This document shows positions 40,436-51,300 of a stretch of 64,000 bases of DNA, in pieces; position 1 is the first letter of the stretch, and each line of letters starts with the position of its first letter. The position numbers and the translations under genes were made by a program. Source of the stretch: Lingula anatina (Eukaryota; Animalia; Brachiopoda); NCBI GenBank assembly GCA_051362555.1, contig CM120640.1, forward strand, positions 68,612,788 through 68,676,787, given 5' to 3'. The notes under the pieces are model-generated. The model worked only from the letters and a program-made list of their open reading frames with translations, had not been told where the DNA came from and searched no databases.

Positions 40436-40860
40436 AATGTGCAAAATTACTTAATTTATCTCAAAGATCTGTCTTAACTGACAATGCTAACCGGCACAAC
40501 ATGCAGCCTAACCACTGCTATTAAATATCAACGGAAGTCATATCGAAACAAAATATTCCACAGATGTTCCTTTCACATATGAAGGAAAAAATGAACCTGA
40601 ATCATTGGAATTAACATAACATTACAAAAAATTACGATATAAAGCCACCCTTTTCTCAAAAAGAATCTGTGATCAGCTAAGTTTGTCTACACAAACGCGG
40701 AGGAACACAACTTCTACTGCGCAAGTTCGTAAAAATAAAACTAATGGCGGTGGTTCCGTTTGTTAGAATTTATCACTGATCACCGCCAAAGCTATGTCAT
40801 ATGCACGTTGCAGGATGTATTCGGTTGGTGGCGTTGTTAATAAAACTTTTTATAAACCAA
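40436..40860. promoter_or_regulatory. CpG-rich bidirectional promoter region (MBD2/3 and TERB2 side)
   Basis: Local CpG enrichment. ETS-like acggaagt at 40531, NRF1-like tgcgca at 40718 and YY1-like aatggcgg at 40743. Lies between divergent genes. Confidence 0.55.
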
Positions 40861-40937
40861 GGTAATAAGTAATTCCGGATCATCTTTAAAGATAAAATAA
40901 AGCCTTGTTGCTGTACGTATTAGTTTACCGCCGACAG

Positions 40938-41435
40938 GAGTGTCTCAAGGTGCTCGTCTTGTATGTGGTTCTAAAATTAACCGAAGTCTACCAAGGGGAG
41001 TACGTAGGTATCGTCACCGGTTTCGTTTGCTCGAGAAAATAAGTGTGCAAAAGAAATTTAACGGGGAGCGTCTATACCTCTGTAAATACGAAGGGTTGAA
41101 ACATGTTCACGCAAGCCCACTTGCATTTTATGTTGGAACTCCAAAATGACTTATGAAAAACGTTGTTTTCAATACAGATGCAAAATCTGTGATAGATGAG
41201 TTATTAACAGAACAAACTGCTGAATACATTAAAGGTCTAGAGAGAAAAGAGAGAAACCATCAATGTTTTGGTGCTGTAAAGACAAATTTTCTTCAAAATA
41301 TAGACAAGACTGCATGTACTGTATACGGCATGAAAGGACACACTGGAGAAAAACCAAAAATGCCAGTATTGTGAAAAAAAATTTAGTTCAAAAACTAGCT
41401 GTGTAAAACATGAAGGAAGGATTCACAGTGGTATT
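40938..41435 (+). pseudogene. Frameshifted C2H2 zinc-finger remnant, possibly preceded by a chromodomain-like segment
   Basis: Intact finger CQYCEKKFSSKTSCVKHEGRIH (C-x2-C-x12-H-x4-H) from 41361. It is preceded by CIRHERTH and HTGEKP in different frames. Upstream LLEKISVQKKFNGERLYLCKYEG looks chromo-like. Confidence 0.6.
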
Positions 41436-42041
41436 TTGCTTCATTCTAATAAGAAAGAATTTCATGATTACGATATGACACCTGGGGCTATGGTCTCATT
41501 CAGTCTATTAAAAAGGAATTTCCAGATGAAGAATTGGCTCCGGGGACAAAGGAGCAGATTAATTTATCATAAGATTTTAATGATCACATTGCAACAGGAG
41601 TAAACATATGTATCCTGTTGCAGTGGAACAGAAGTTTATTGACAATCGCCCTACATCCGGGCATGATCAAATACAAATACAAGAAGTAATCCGCAGAGTG
41701 ATTACCATATACAGTTTGATATACATTGTTGCAATGTTTAGAAACGATTTTGCAGATGCTGAAGTATAACGTCTAATAAGTCATTAAATGATGTCTAAAA
41801 CATTTGAGATGCACTGATTTAGCACCTGTCAAACATCTGCGTATGTGCCAAAAGTGTGCTTCTTGAAATGAACAAAATGGTGAAACTGACAGTCTCCCAG
41901 TGGGTTCCTGCCAGTGATATAGACATTCCTGCAGTGTGGCAAGCTTAAGATAAATTTATAAGTGGTTTATTTATTGAAACAAGCATAAAGATGTTTTAAG
42001 AGTAGGTATTTATTGTTGATTCTGTACACATAGTAGTACTA

Positions 42042-42051
42042 CAGTGGCAGA

Positions 42052-42083
<32 letters not shown>

Positions 42084-42318
42084 AGGGGGGTCCTGCCCCC
42101 CTCCCCTTTAGATTTCTGATTGAAAAAAAAAATGCACCAAAAAGGCTGAATCATAGTTCTAAAACTGTACCAAATAGTGCAATTTGTCCTCTAAAACACC
42201 CATTTTTTCAGGCATGCCCCTGACACCAAGGGAGTGTGGGTAAGTCTTGCAATCCGAAGCCTATCAATCCCTAAAAAAATGGACCCCCCCCCCTTCTAAA
42301 ATTCTGGATCTGCCCTTG
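42042..42318. mobile_element. MITE with short TIRs and 6-bp target-site duplication
   Basis: Ends cagtggcagat / atctgcccttg, subterminal G and C runs, and gtacta on both flanks (42036-42041, 42319-42324). Confidence 0.8.
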
Positions 42319-42366
42319 GTACTAGTATGGTCTTGTAGTTGTTCTATAGAACTTAGAAGTGGCATA

Positions 42367-42582
42367 GACCCCATACCCATAGATATTTAGATCGATCTAT
42401 CCCCCTGGGGAGTCTCAATAGATTGGTGTCAGCTTAACTGGCTTAAATGTCTGTCCCGCCTACTAAAAGCTGTAAGGGGGTAATTAACTGCCATGCCCGC
42501 GCGACTGACAGCAATTTAGCGTGAACCCCCAGGGAGTTGGGTCGATCCGGATGGATCGATCTAAATCTCTGGGAATGCAGTC
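42367..42582. mobile_element. Palindromic MITE family B, copy 2
   Basis: TIRs gaccccatacccatagatatttagatcgatc / gatcgatctaaatctctgggaatgcagtc, with ata on both flanks. Shares ggatcgacccaactc (reverse strand) with copy 1. Confidence 0.8.
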
Positions 42583-42848
42583 ATAGTTGAGCTATCTGTC
42601 TGTAGTGAAAAAATATTCCATTTCATTGCATTAAAAGTTGGTCATATGGAATCATCTCTGTTGTGGGAGTTTAAAATTGTATGAATGTATAATTTTAATT
42701 AAAATAATTCTCAAAAGACCAAGTTTGGTCCAGTTTGCTAAACTTGATGTTATCCTATCTTCTGACCATTTTAAATACTAATAAGTAACGGTACTTAGTA
42801 TTCTTCATTTTTAGCATGGTGGAAAAGAGCAGTTTGTAAGCAAACAGA

Positions 42849-42951
42849 ATGATGACCAGGAAGTCCCAGGAGGATGTAGTGTATCCAGTGTTCCATGGAT
42901 TGTCAGCGTGGATGTCCACAAGTGTCTCTACAGAGAGGCAGGAGATGTGGG
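42849..42951 (+). CDS. TERB2: Telomere repeats-binding bouquet formation protein 2, coding exon 1
   Basis: MMTRKSQEDVVYPVFHGLSAWMSTSVSTERQEMW, compare recalled human MFQGQRGWFCGSVSQDLRQFW. Donor G|gtaaag. The nine exons total 651 nt (216 aa) and all phases are compatible. Confidence 0.85.
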
Positions 42952-43544
42952 GTAAAGAAATGAATCCAAATTTCTGACACATCTTGACATTTTTAGTATT
43001 GTAAAAAATGTACATATACTGTTTGATCATACTAGATTAAAGGATCTTATCTAGCATGAAATTAATTTGTTAGCATGTTTTTGGGTTCTGATATTAACTA
43101 GATATGCTAACACAAGAAAGCAAAGGCCTGGAAAAGTAAAATGATGACCAGCTTGTGCATGTACCTTGATGTTAGTGCTCTCATATCTGTTTGACCTCTC
43201 ATCTCCTCAACTCACATACTCCCTGTAAAGCCAACCAGTTGTTCTCTCAACAGAGCCATGAATATCTATTTGTCTATCAGTTAGGTCACTGTGAAATCGT
43301 ACACCTGCTATTGGAAGAGCAATGGATGTGACAAACAAACTTTTAAATGCAAGAAATACATCAGAAATCATATCCTGCCCGAAACAAATGTAAGATAAAG
43401 ATTTGAGAGCTCCCACATCAAGGTGGATAGACAAGTTGGTAATAATTTTACACTTTTTGAGGCTCCTGCTTTCATGCAAAAACATAGTGTAAACTGAAGC
43501 TAATTTATTATTATAGCTGATGGTTACTGTAACTGATTTTTCAG

Positions 43545-43626
43545 TGAAATGTAGTGGGGAAATTTGTGGAAAAGATAAAGCTCAATTTCTACTCAGTGAA
43601 GATGCAGAAAGCGAAGACACAAAAAG
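43545..43626 (+). CDS. TERB2: TERB2 exon 2
   Basis: (V)KCSGEICGKDKAQFLLSEDAESEDTK, compare VAEGGTISDPRAADFLFSCDASHPDT. Phase 1 to 2. Confidence 0.87.
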
Positions 43627-43752
43627 GTATCGTAATAATTTTTCCATGGTGAAACGATTTTAGGTTTTTATTCAAGAATCAAATATACTATACATTAGTT
43701 ATAACTTAAATTGGATGTATTTTTATATTATTGAAACTTTTATTTTATGCAG

Positions 43753-43782
43753 TAGATATCCTGCAAACACTGATGTTTTCAA
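43753..43782 (+). CDS. TERB2: TERB2 30-nt candidate cassette microexon
   Basis: tttatgcag|...|gtaaga, symmetric phase 2-2, encodes RYPANTDVF. Confidence 0.55.
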
Positions 43783-43837
43783 GTAAGAACTTTTGATCCT
43801 ACAATTTTCATTGCATAATTTTTGTTTCATGCTGCAG

Positions 43838-43977
43838 TATATACCAGAGTCATGCTTATTACAACGAACACTTGGCAGTGTTTCATGCAAGCTTCATTGA
43901 TGAATGTATACATGCAAAGTCTGTAAAGAGAGTGAACTTGGGACTATATCTTCTACCACCAAAGGAGGTCCAAGATG
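43838..43977 (+). CDS. TERB2: TERB2 exon 4
   Basis: IYQSHAYYNEHLAVFHASFIDECIHAKSVKRVNLGLYLLPPKEVQD, compare IYQSLDYIEDNATVFHAYYLSAVANAKIKNSVALGHFILPP. Confidence 0.9.
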
Positions 43978-44369
43978 GTATGTCTACATTAGTTAGAGCA
44001 AGGGGTTTCTGTTGAAACTCCTTGGTTAGAGCCAGTTTGAGTTTGGAATGTGCAGTGCAGGAACACTCTATTTATTTTATTATTATTATTATAATTTTTT
44101 TTGTGTGAGCAGCATACAACATGAACCCAGATGTTAACACTAAACAGCATTTAAAACTTTTTCTGTGTTTAATAACGATACTGTTTGATGATAACAATAG
44201 TTTTACTGTGTATAAATGACTTGTATGGAATAATCTACATGAAAAAATGGGGCCTGTGTGAGTAGAGGCTGGAGATCTATATAAAGCTACTAAAAATTGT
44301 TTTAAAAATTCCATCATCTTATCTCTTGCATGTATTGGTTAATCCAGTTTATTTATTCATACATTTCAG

Positions 44370-44443
44370 AGCTGAAGTTTCAGTTCAAGTTTTCTTTTGA
44401 TGGAGGAAAAAAGCATAAAGGTGCACAAAACAAAAACACAGAT
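44370..44443 (+). CDS. TERB2: TERB2 exon 5
   Basis: tttcag|(E)LKFQFKFSFDGGKKHKGAQNKNTD|gtaagt, phase 1 to 0. Confidence 0.8.
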
Positions 44444-44666
44444 GTAAGTTTCCATTCAAATCAACAAATAAATGAAACAGGTCAATAATTTAAGATCACA
44501 ATATAAGTTTATGGGAGTCTGCTTTATGATGTTGTGTATAAATTTTTTTCCTTGGACAAATCCGTTAATTGATGTACTTGTCAAAATACAGGTGCTTTTA
44601 TAATCTGCTGAAATAGTTTGGAAAGTTGTTTTTACCAAAACTTGGTATTTTTTTTCTTTTCACCAG

Positions 44667-44703
44667 CATAATGCTCTGTCTAAGGAACAGAACAATACAG
44701 AAG
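44667..44703 (+). CDS. TERB2: TERB2 exon 6 (linker)
   Basis: Strong polypyrimidine tract, accag|HNALSKEQNNTE|gtaggt, phase 0 to 1. Confidence 0.75.
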
Positions 44704-44997
44704 GTAGGTATATATTCTGCTTAGCATAAGCATAAAAAACTGAAATAAATGGGGAAATTTATCTTTGAAAATATCAAGCACTGAACACATCATAAATTAA
44801 TTAAATAAATAAATAAATAAGTAAGTAAATAACACCTTTGCTCTTGCTTGTATTTCTGTGATGGTGTTAATTTGGTTTTCACATTGTTTGTAAGCTACTG
44901 GAAGTCTTTATAAACAGATGACTGCATCTTATATTTTCATGATTTACGTAAGAAAGGTGTTGTGTTCTTATACTATATGCATCATTTATTTGTTTAG

Positions 44998-45046
44998 GTC
45001 TGAGTGAGAAGAGAGTTGATGATAACTTTGGAGCTGATAATGCAGA
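44998..45046 (+). CDS. TERB2: TERB2 exon 7 (linker)
   Basis: tgtttag|(G)LSEKRVDDNFGADNA|gtatga, phase 1 to 2. Confidence 0.7.
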
Positions 45047-45282
45047 GTATGACCTCTCACCTCTTAATATATTTTTATTTATCAGGATTTTGCAAGAAAA
45101 ATCTTTAAAAGGATATAAAGTGATTATTTCATTCATAATAAATTATTTTATAAAATTCAAAAATATTATTGACATTTCAGTTTATAAATATGGATACTGT
45201 TATTATTCTGTTTATTGTGTCTGTCTTTTGACAAGCTTTCACTGGTTCATATGTAATTAATGGATTAATTGATAATTTTCAG

Positions 45283-45317
45283 CCAAGAAAAAGAGACTAC
45301 TGAGAGAATAACAAATG
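45283..45317 (+). CDS. TERB2: TERB2 exon 8 (linker)
   Basis: ttttcag|(D)QEKETTERITN|gtcagt, phase 2 to 1. Confidence 0.7.
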
Positions 45318-45568
45318 GTCAGTATCGCCGTTTTAAGGCTCATCTTATGTTTTCAATATATAATATTCATAAATGGCATTTAAATAGTTTGTTCACATCA
45401 AAAAAACATCCTGTTTTATTCCTTTGTTTTAGAAATGTATTTCAGTCGTATTTGTGTTCATAGAAAAGCTTCCAAGTAAGTCCGAATGTTTCATACCAAT
45501 TTTTCCTTTTTTTTTACAATATTTGACAGTTTAGAGACATTTATATCATAAGCTCTGTTCATTTTCAG

Positions 45569-45669
45569 GTGACATAGAGATTCCTATTGAAGATTTACCT
45601 TTGGTTTCTGGAGAAATACTGGATTTTGATATTGGTCAAAATGGCTGTGAAGTTTACCATAAACTCTGA
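45569..45669 (+). CDS. TERB2: TERB2 last exon (MAJIN-binding region)
   Basis: (G)DIEIPIEDLPLVSGEILDFDIGQNGCEVYHKL*, compare recalled GYISIDAMKKFLGELHDFIPGTSGYLAY. Confidence 0.85.
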
Positions 45670-45824
45670 CAATGCAACCAGCAACAGTTAATATTAAAAC
45701 TTTTTTATTATTTATTCTTTTCAGTTTATTTTAACTTTGAACAGTTTGTTTGTCAAATTCAGCCTTGGAGAAATAACTTGCTGTTATTAAATGTTTGTTG
45801 CAGGGCAGTGCCAATGTTGTTGTA

Positions 45825-45830
45825 AATAAA
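45825..45830 (+). terminator. Candidate TERB2 polyadenylation signal
   Basis: AATAAA about 155 nt after the stop. Confidence 0.5.
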
Positions 45831-46411
45831 CGTTTTAAACATTAAATTTTGTTTTCAAGTCAAATATCACAAGCCTCTCATTTTTAGATATTGCATGCTA
45901 TTGCCAGTAAAACCTCCTAAAACAGTTGAAGTATATTTTGCATACATTTCTGTAACAAGGATGCCATAAGTGCTATACTTATAGTGTGCTTCTACCAATG
46001 ATAAAAAGGGCATTACACCACAATAAGGATTAAAACCGCCAGCACCCTTCCTGCTGAAAAACTGCATATTTACAAAAGAAAGAAAAATTCTTAAAATGTA
46101 CAGTTTTGGGGCATGTTCAAGTTTGAAACACAAAACCAGCGTTTGATAATGAAAAGTCAGTTGTTGTTCCCATGTTTTTTGGGGTTTTTTTGCCAAAAGT
46201 CAATAAAAAGTGGCTTAATCGATTTTTAACTTTTGATCCCAACCCATTCTAAATCCAGCACACAAACATACTTTTCCAGGTTTTTGTGTTTTGAATATGG
46301 TAAAATCTAGCAAAAATGCTAATATTTAAATTCCCATATTCCGAAAATTTTGTAACTACAAATGTTGAGACTATAAATATAATAGTAAATACAATGTAAA
46401 TCCTTGAAAAG

Positions 46412-47548
46412 ATCACCAAAATATACGCAGGGCACCATAGCATTATTCCTTTTTGCGAAGTTTCATATTTGAAAGAGCACCAAGTCAAGAATTAATATAA
46501 TAATCACTTTAACCTGATCATTTCTGCTAAATGTCAACAAACCTGTTCATTTCATGACCTTTTTCAGTTTCTGACAGCATAGTTATCAAATTAAAGAATG
46601 TGTGTAATTTTTTCTCAGATATCTTTACAAGTAGATAAAGAAGATTCAAGTAATGAAAGTTTTGAATATGAAATCTAGCCAAATTGCTCATATTCAAGCT
46701 CCCATATTCTCCAAATTTTTCAAACACAAATGTTTCGACTCTTAACATTTAATACATTTATAAGTTACTTTAAATTCACAAATGCCAGTTTTGAAAATGA
46801 TGAAAATGACAGAAGCAAATCAGATGTTGATATATTGATCTATATTTCAAGTTTAAATGACATTCTTATAACATGCAACATTTGTGGTACAAAATATATC
46901 TCTAATAGATAAAAACTCGTCCATATTCTCCAGAAAATGAGAAAGTTAATATTTTCCATTGACAATGTATTTCCTAACAAAATCTTTATGGTTTACTTAA
47001 ATGACTCCCACAACAATGACTTTGACCTAACTTACTCAATAATCGTATACAAATGGCAACAACCTGGTGAAGATGAGAAATCTGCTGAATTCTACATATT
47101 TTTGGGTATGAGCGGAAGACCTATTCTCAAACATCACAGACAGACAAGCACAATGCTTAGAGATATAAAAGCAGACTTAAAATAGCAGAATAATAAAGAA
47201 TAATATTTTATGAATAAAATGGTAAAATAGTTGTATAATATGCATTTTAAATGCAGCAAATATTGCTATAAAACATGACAAAAGCATATATAATATCTTG
47301 TATCATCAAAATGTATGCAGGGCACCATAGCATTATTCCTTTTTGAGAAGTTTCATATTTGAAAGAGCACCAAGTCAAAAATTAATATAATCATCACTTT
47401 AATGTGATCATTTCTGCTAAATATGTCAACAAACCGGTTCATTTCATAACCCTTTTTAGTTTCTGACATTATACTAGTAGTTACCAAATTAAAGAATATG
47501 TGTAATTTTCTATCAGATATCTTTGCAGATAAAAAAGATACAAGTAAT
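46412..47548. repeat. About 240-bp direct duplication (46412-46654 and 47302-47548)
   Basis: Both copies contain gcagggcaccatagcattattcctttttg.gaagtttcatatttgaaagagcaccaagtcaa and stay colinear to caagtaat. Confidence 0.9.
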
Positions 47549-48385
47549 AATTCATAAATCATTTTCATTTGTCCCACTATTGCACTATCCTCTTTCTTAT
47601 ACAGGAACTCATATCTTTTAAATGAACAAGAATAAACTGCCAAGTAATGGCAAGCATTCAATGATCAAATGTCACTAAGGGCAAAACTTTTCAGATAAAA
47701 TGTAACTGCTCCCCAAATTTGCATTCAGATGTACAAGGAATTGCATGCCATAACTAAATTGGCATTTAAAACCTTATTTTTTGCAACTCTTGAAGTAGAG
47801 ATTGACAAAGGTACAACAGTAATATCAATGGAAAATTCCATTTTTACTAAAATAATAACTTGTAATACCAGCAACTGTTGGAATAAAATGTCAGCTAATA
47901 ACAGCTTCCTAACCTTAAAAGATCACAGCATAATCAATGTGTGCTTTAGTTATGTGTATGCGTCGCTTGGGATTGAGAATTTTAACAATGATTTTGGCAG
48001 TAAAAGCATCCTCATATCATAATCAATATAATTATGTGCATGGTATATTATCCTTGTGAATCAATATACACAACAGAGCTACATTTAAACAACTTTGAAA
48101 ATGTGACCTACTAGATCTGCCAGTAACATAGTTATACAATGTATATATATATATGACATGAAGCTTTCAATTCCATATGCATCTAAGTTTCTAATGTGAA
48201 AATAATCAATGCCCCGGCCTAGTCTTTAAAGCAAGTTTCACCTACAATAACCAACAGTATTTTCAAAACACTACCCCACTGGTATAATATGCATTTAATA
48301 CAGGAAAAACATTAAAACAAGTAACATTAAGTGACCATAAATCTATAATGTTACATATCTACACAACTTAGATATTGGTCCAGAT

Positions 48386-51300
48386 TTAGTGCCCTAAAGA
48401 AGTGCGAATCCACTGGCCTGTCTTTTCATCATAAACCTCTTCAAACCCACTATCATCTTCATAGTAGTTTTCCTCATCTTCATCCCGGTTTTTCCAATTG
48501 TTTATTGTTTCTCTATTACTGTAGAAATAGTTTTCTCTGTGCCCATTTGCCATGTTATTGTTGGTTTCTGTCAACGGTGCAACTTGGCTGGGAGGTGATA
48601 GAGTCTTTCGTATCCATTTTCTAGTAACAGGGTCAAAGACTTCTTCATACATTTCTTCAAATTCTTCAACTTCATCATGTTGTTGTTGATTTGCTTCTAT
48701 GTTGAACACAGGTGTAAGATTTTGTTTTACTGGCCGATAGTCAAAAGCTTTTCCCTCAGCAATTGTCTTATGGAAAGTCCTTTGGCCTAATTCAGTACTT
48801 TGGGAAATCTGGTTAGCATCTGCTATTCTTTCATGCCTCCAGGTCCCACCTCTCGGACTGTTATCGTTATCCCAGGTACTGTCTATAGGGGTCTGGTATT
48901 TTGTTCTCTTACACCATTTTCCAGTTTTGGGGTCATAAAATTCTTCCATTTCCTCGGCAGTTACAGTGACATCTGATCCTGGGGAGGTGTCTCTTGTTGG
49001 GGTGCTGTCTCTGTCTGTTATGGTGATAATCTGTTTCTGAACCCATCTTCCAAGTTGTGCATCATATTCCTCCTCATACTGCACAGATTCTTCTTTTTCG
49101 TACTGGTCATTTTCTTCTTCACCCTTTTGTGGAGAAGTGGTCACTGATGCCACTGCTACTCTCTCCCAATGTCCTGTATCTGGATTAAAAACCTCCTCGA
49201 AAATGGTATACTCCTCTTCACTTACTGAAGATGGGGAAGAAGACGATAGTTTTTCTTCTGGAGCCGGAACAATTTCTTCCCACATTTCAACTGTTTCTTC
49301 TTCTTTATCAACGCTTTCATTCTCAAGTGTGCTTGCAGTGGTAAAAGCAGAGCTTTCTACTGGTGTCTCTTCTTCCCAAGTTTCAAAAATTAATTCATCC
49401 TCTTCTTTTTGATCTGCCACATTGTTCTCAATCTGGTATTCACTTGATGAAGGTCCCTCACTGGGAAATTCTGTAACTTCATATGAGTTGTAGCTTGTCC
49501 TTTGGTTTGGCATTTTATAATCAATTACAATAGAAGGCTTGACAATGACTGTTTCCTCCCAAGTTTCTACTTCATTCTCTTCTTTTTCTTCTGTTTTTTC
49601 CCCTGGAACTAACTTGTTGACTGAAATATTTCTAGCATTGCCTTCGGTAGAATTTTCCCAGGTTTCTTCTTCATATTCACTCATTTCTCCAATGGGCCTT
49701 TCCCATACACCTTCCCAAGACTCTTTCTCCACACCCTCTGATTCATCTGCAGATGGTTCCCTTCCTATCAAAACTGCAGGTTTTTCTTCAGAATGTTCCA
49801 CTTCATCAGTAAAAGTTGCAGTTTGGTGCTTTCTAGCATTATCCATCATCTGCAGTTCACGGATCCGCTGTAGTACATCTGACCTGGCATATTTTTCTTG
49901 CAACTCAGAAAACTTGTCTTGCAGTGGAGTACTATACGTCTCTTCAGAGTTAACAGCTCTTGCTCTGCTGGCTGAAGGTTTGGTTCGGTATGGCCTTTTC
50001 TCTTGTTTGGAGAAGTTCTTTGTAAAAGCTCTCTGTTTGGACTTTGGACCTGCTGCCTCTGGGAAAGTTTTTCCTAGCTGGACTCCTTCATTTGCATCAA
50101 CATCTTCCACCTTCTTGAACTTTGACTTTGGAATGGTCATGTGCCTGTCGACATACTCCAAAAGATTTACAAATCCTTTACTAAGAGTAACACAAACCTC
50201 AGCATAAATGCAAAACAGTCTATTCCCAGCTGAAAGCTCAGATAAAGGCTGCATGGTACTAGCCTTTAGAAAAACATCTGCTGCTTCAAGAAATAAACCA
50301 AGCTCCATCATGGCATAACCAAGCACTGCAAATTGACATGAAGAATTTGACAGATAAACCTCATTTAAAAGACTTATCAGACAATCTGTTGCATCATTCC
50401 ATAAACCAATGTGTCTGTAACAGATAATAGACAAGTACTTTGAATACACAGTCATAGGTAGGATTACTTCATCCTGAACTGCTATTTCCATCTGGAGATT
50501 GACTGGCAGGGTAAACTGTTCAACTTTCCCAAAAACAACTTCTGAATCATCTGGCTGGAGAAGAACATCAATCAGAAGTTCTGCTGCCTCTGCATAATCT
50601 TTTTGGCTTAAGAGAAAGGTGGCATAATCCACATAAACCCTGGCATTGTATTCCAAATCTACAGCTTGTTGGAAATGACTATTTGCAACCTGGAGCAAGT
50701 TCATTCTTTCTGTTTCATTGAGCAAAGATTGTGCTTTGTAGGTCATTACTGATGCCATGTTCCCCAGGGTGACAGCCATCTCCGGACCAATGGTAACATA
50801 CATTTGTTTGTATGCATCCAGGCTTTCCTGGTAAGCTTCAATTGCCTTATCTATGTCTCCCAACACTGTGTGGATTTGTCCCAGCTGGTGCATCAGGCCA
50901 ACCATATCTGCTTCAATGTCCTCTTTCAGAGTCTTCTCAATGCTTTTGGCTTTCTGAAGGTATTCAGATGTTCTGTTGTACTGACGCATTGTGGTGTGAA
51001 CATTTGCACTGTTGCTGAGTAGCTGGTTCTGTAAAATTTGGGCTGTTATCTCTCTTGCTGGGGATGATCCTTCAATTGGTCCTGCCAACTCTAGGGCCTT
51101 GTTGTAGTACATTAGAGCATTTTCGTGCTCTTCTTTAGCATTATAGCAGTCCCCTAGTGCTTTCAGGACTCTCACCAACTGCTTTGCATCTGCACAAGTG
51201 ACTCGGTTCAAATATGTATAGGCTAGGTCAATGTTGTCCAGGGCTTTTTCAAACTGTTCAATTTTCAGATAGGACAATCCTAAGGAGTAGAGGGTCTCAC

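Noticed and set aside
41785-41822. C/D-box-like ATGATG...CTGA with short terminal stem
   Set aside because: Imperfect C box and only ~35 nt, too short for a snoRNA.
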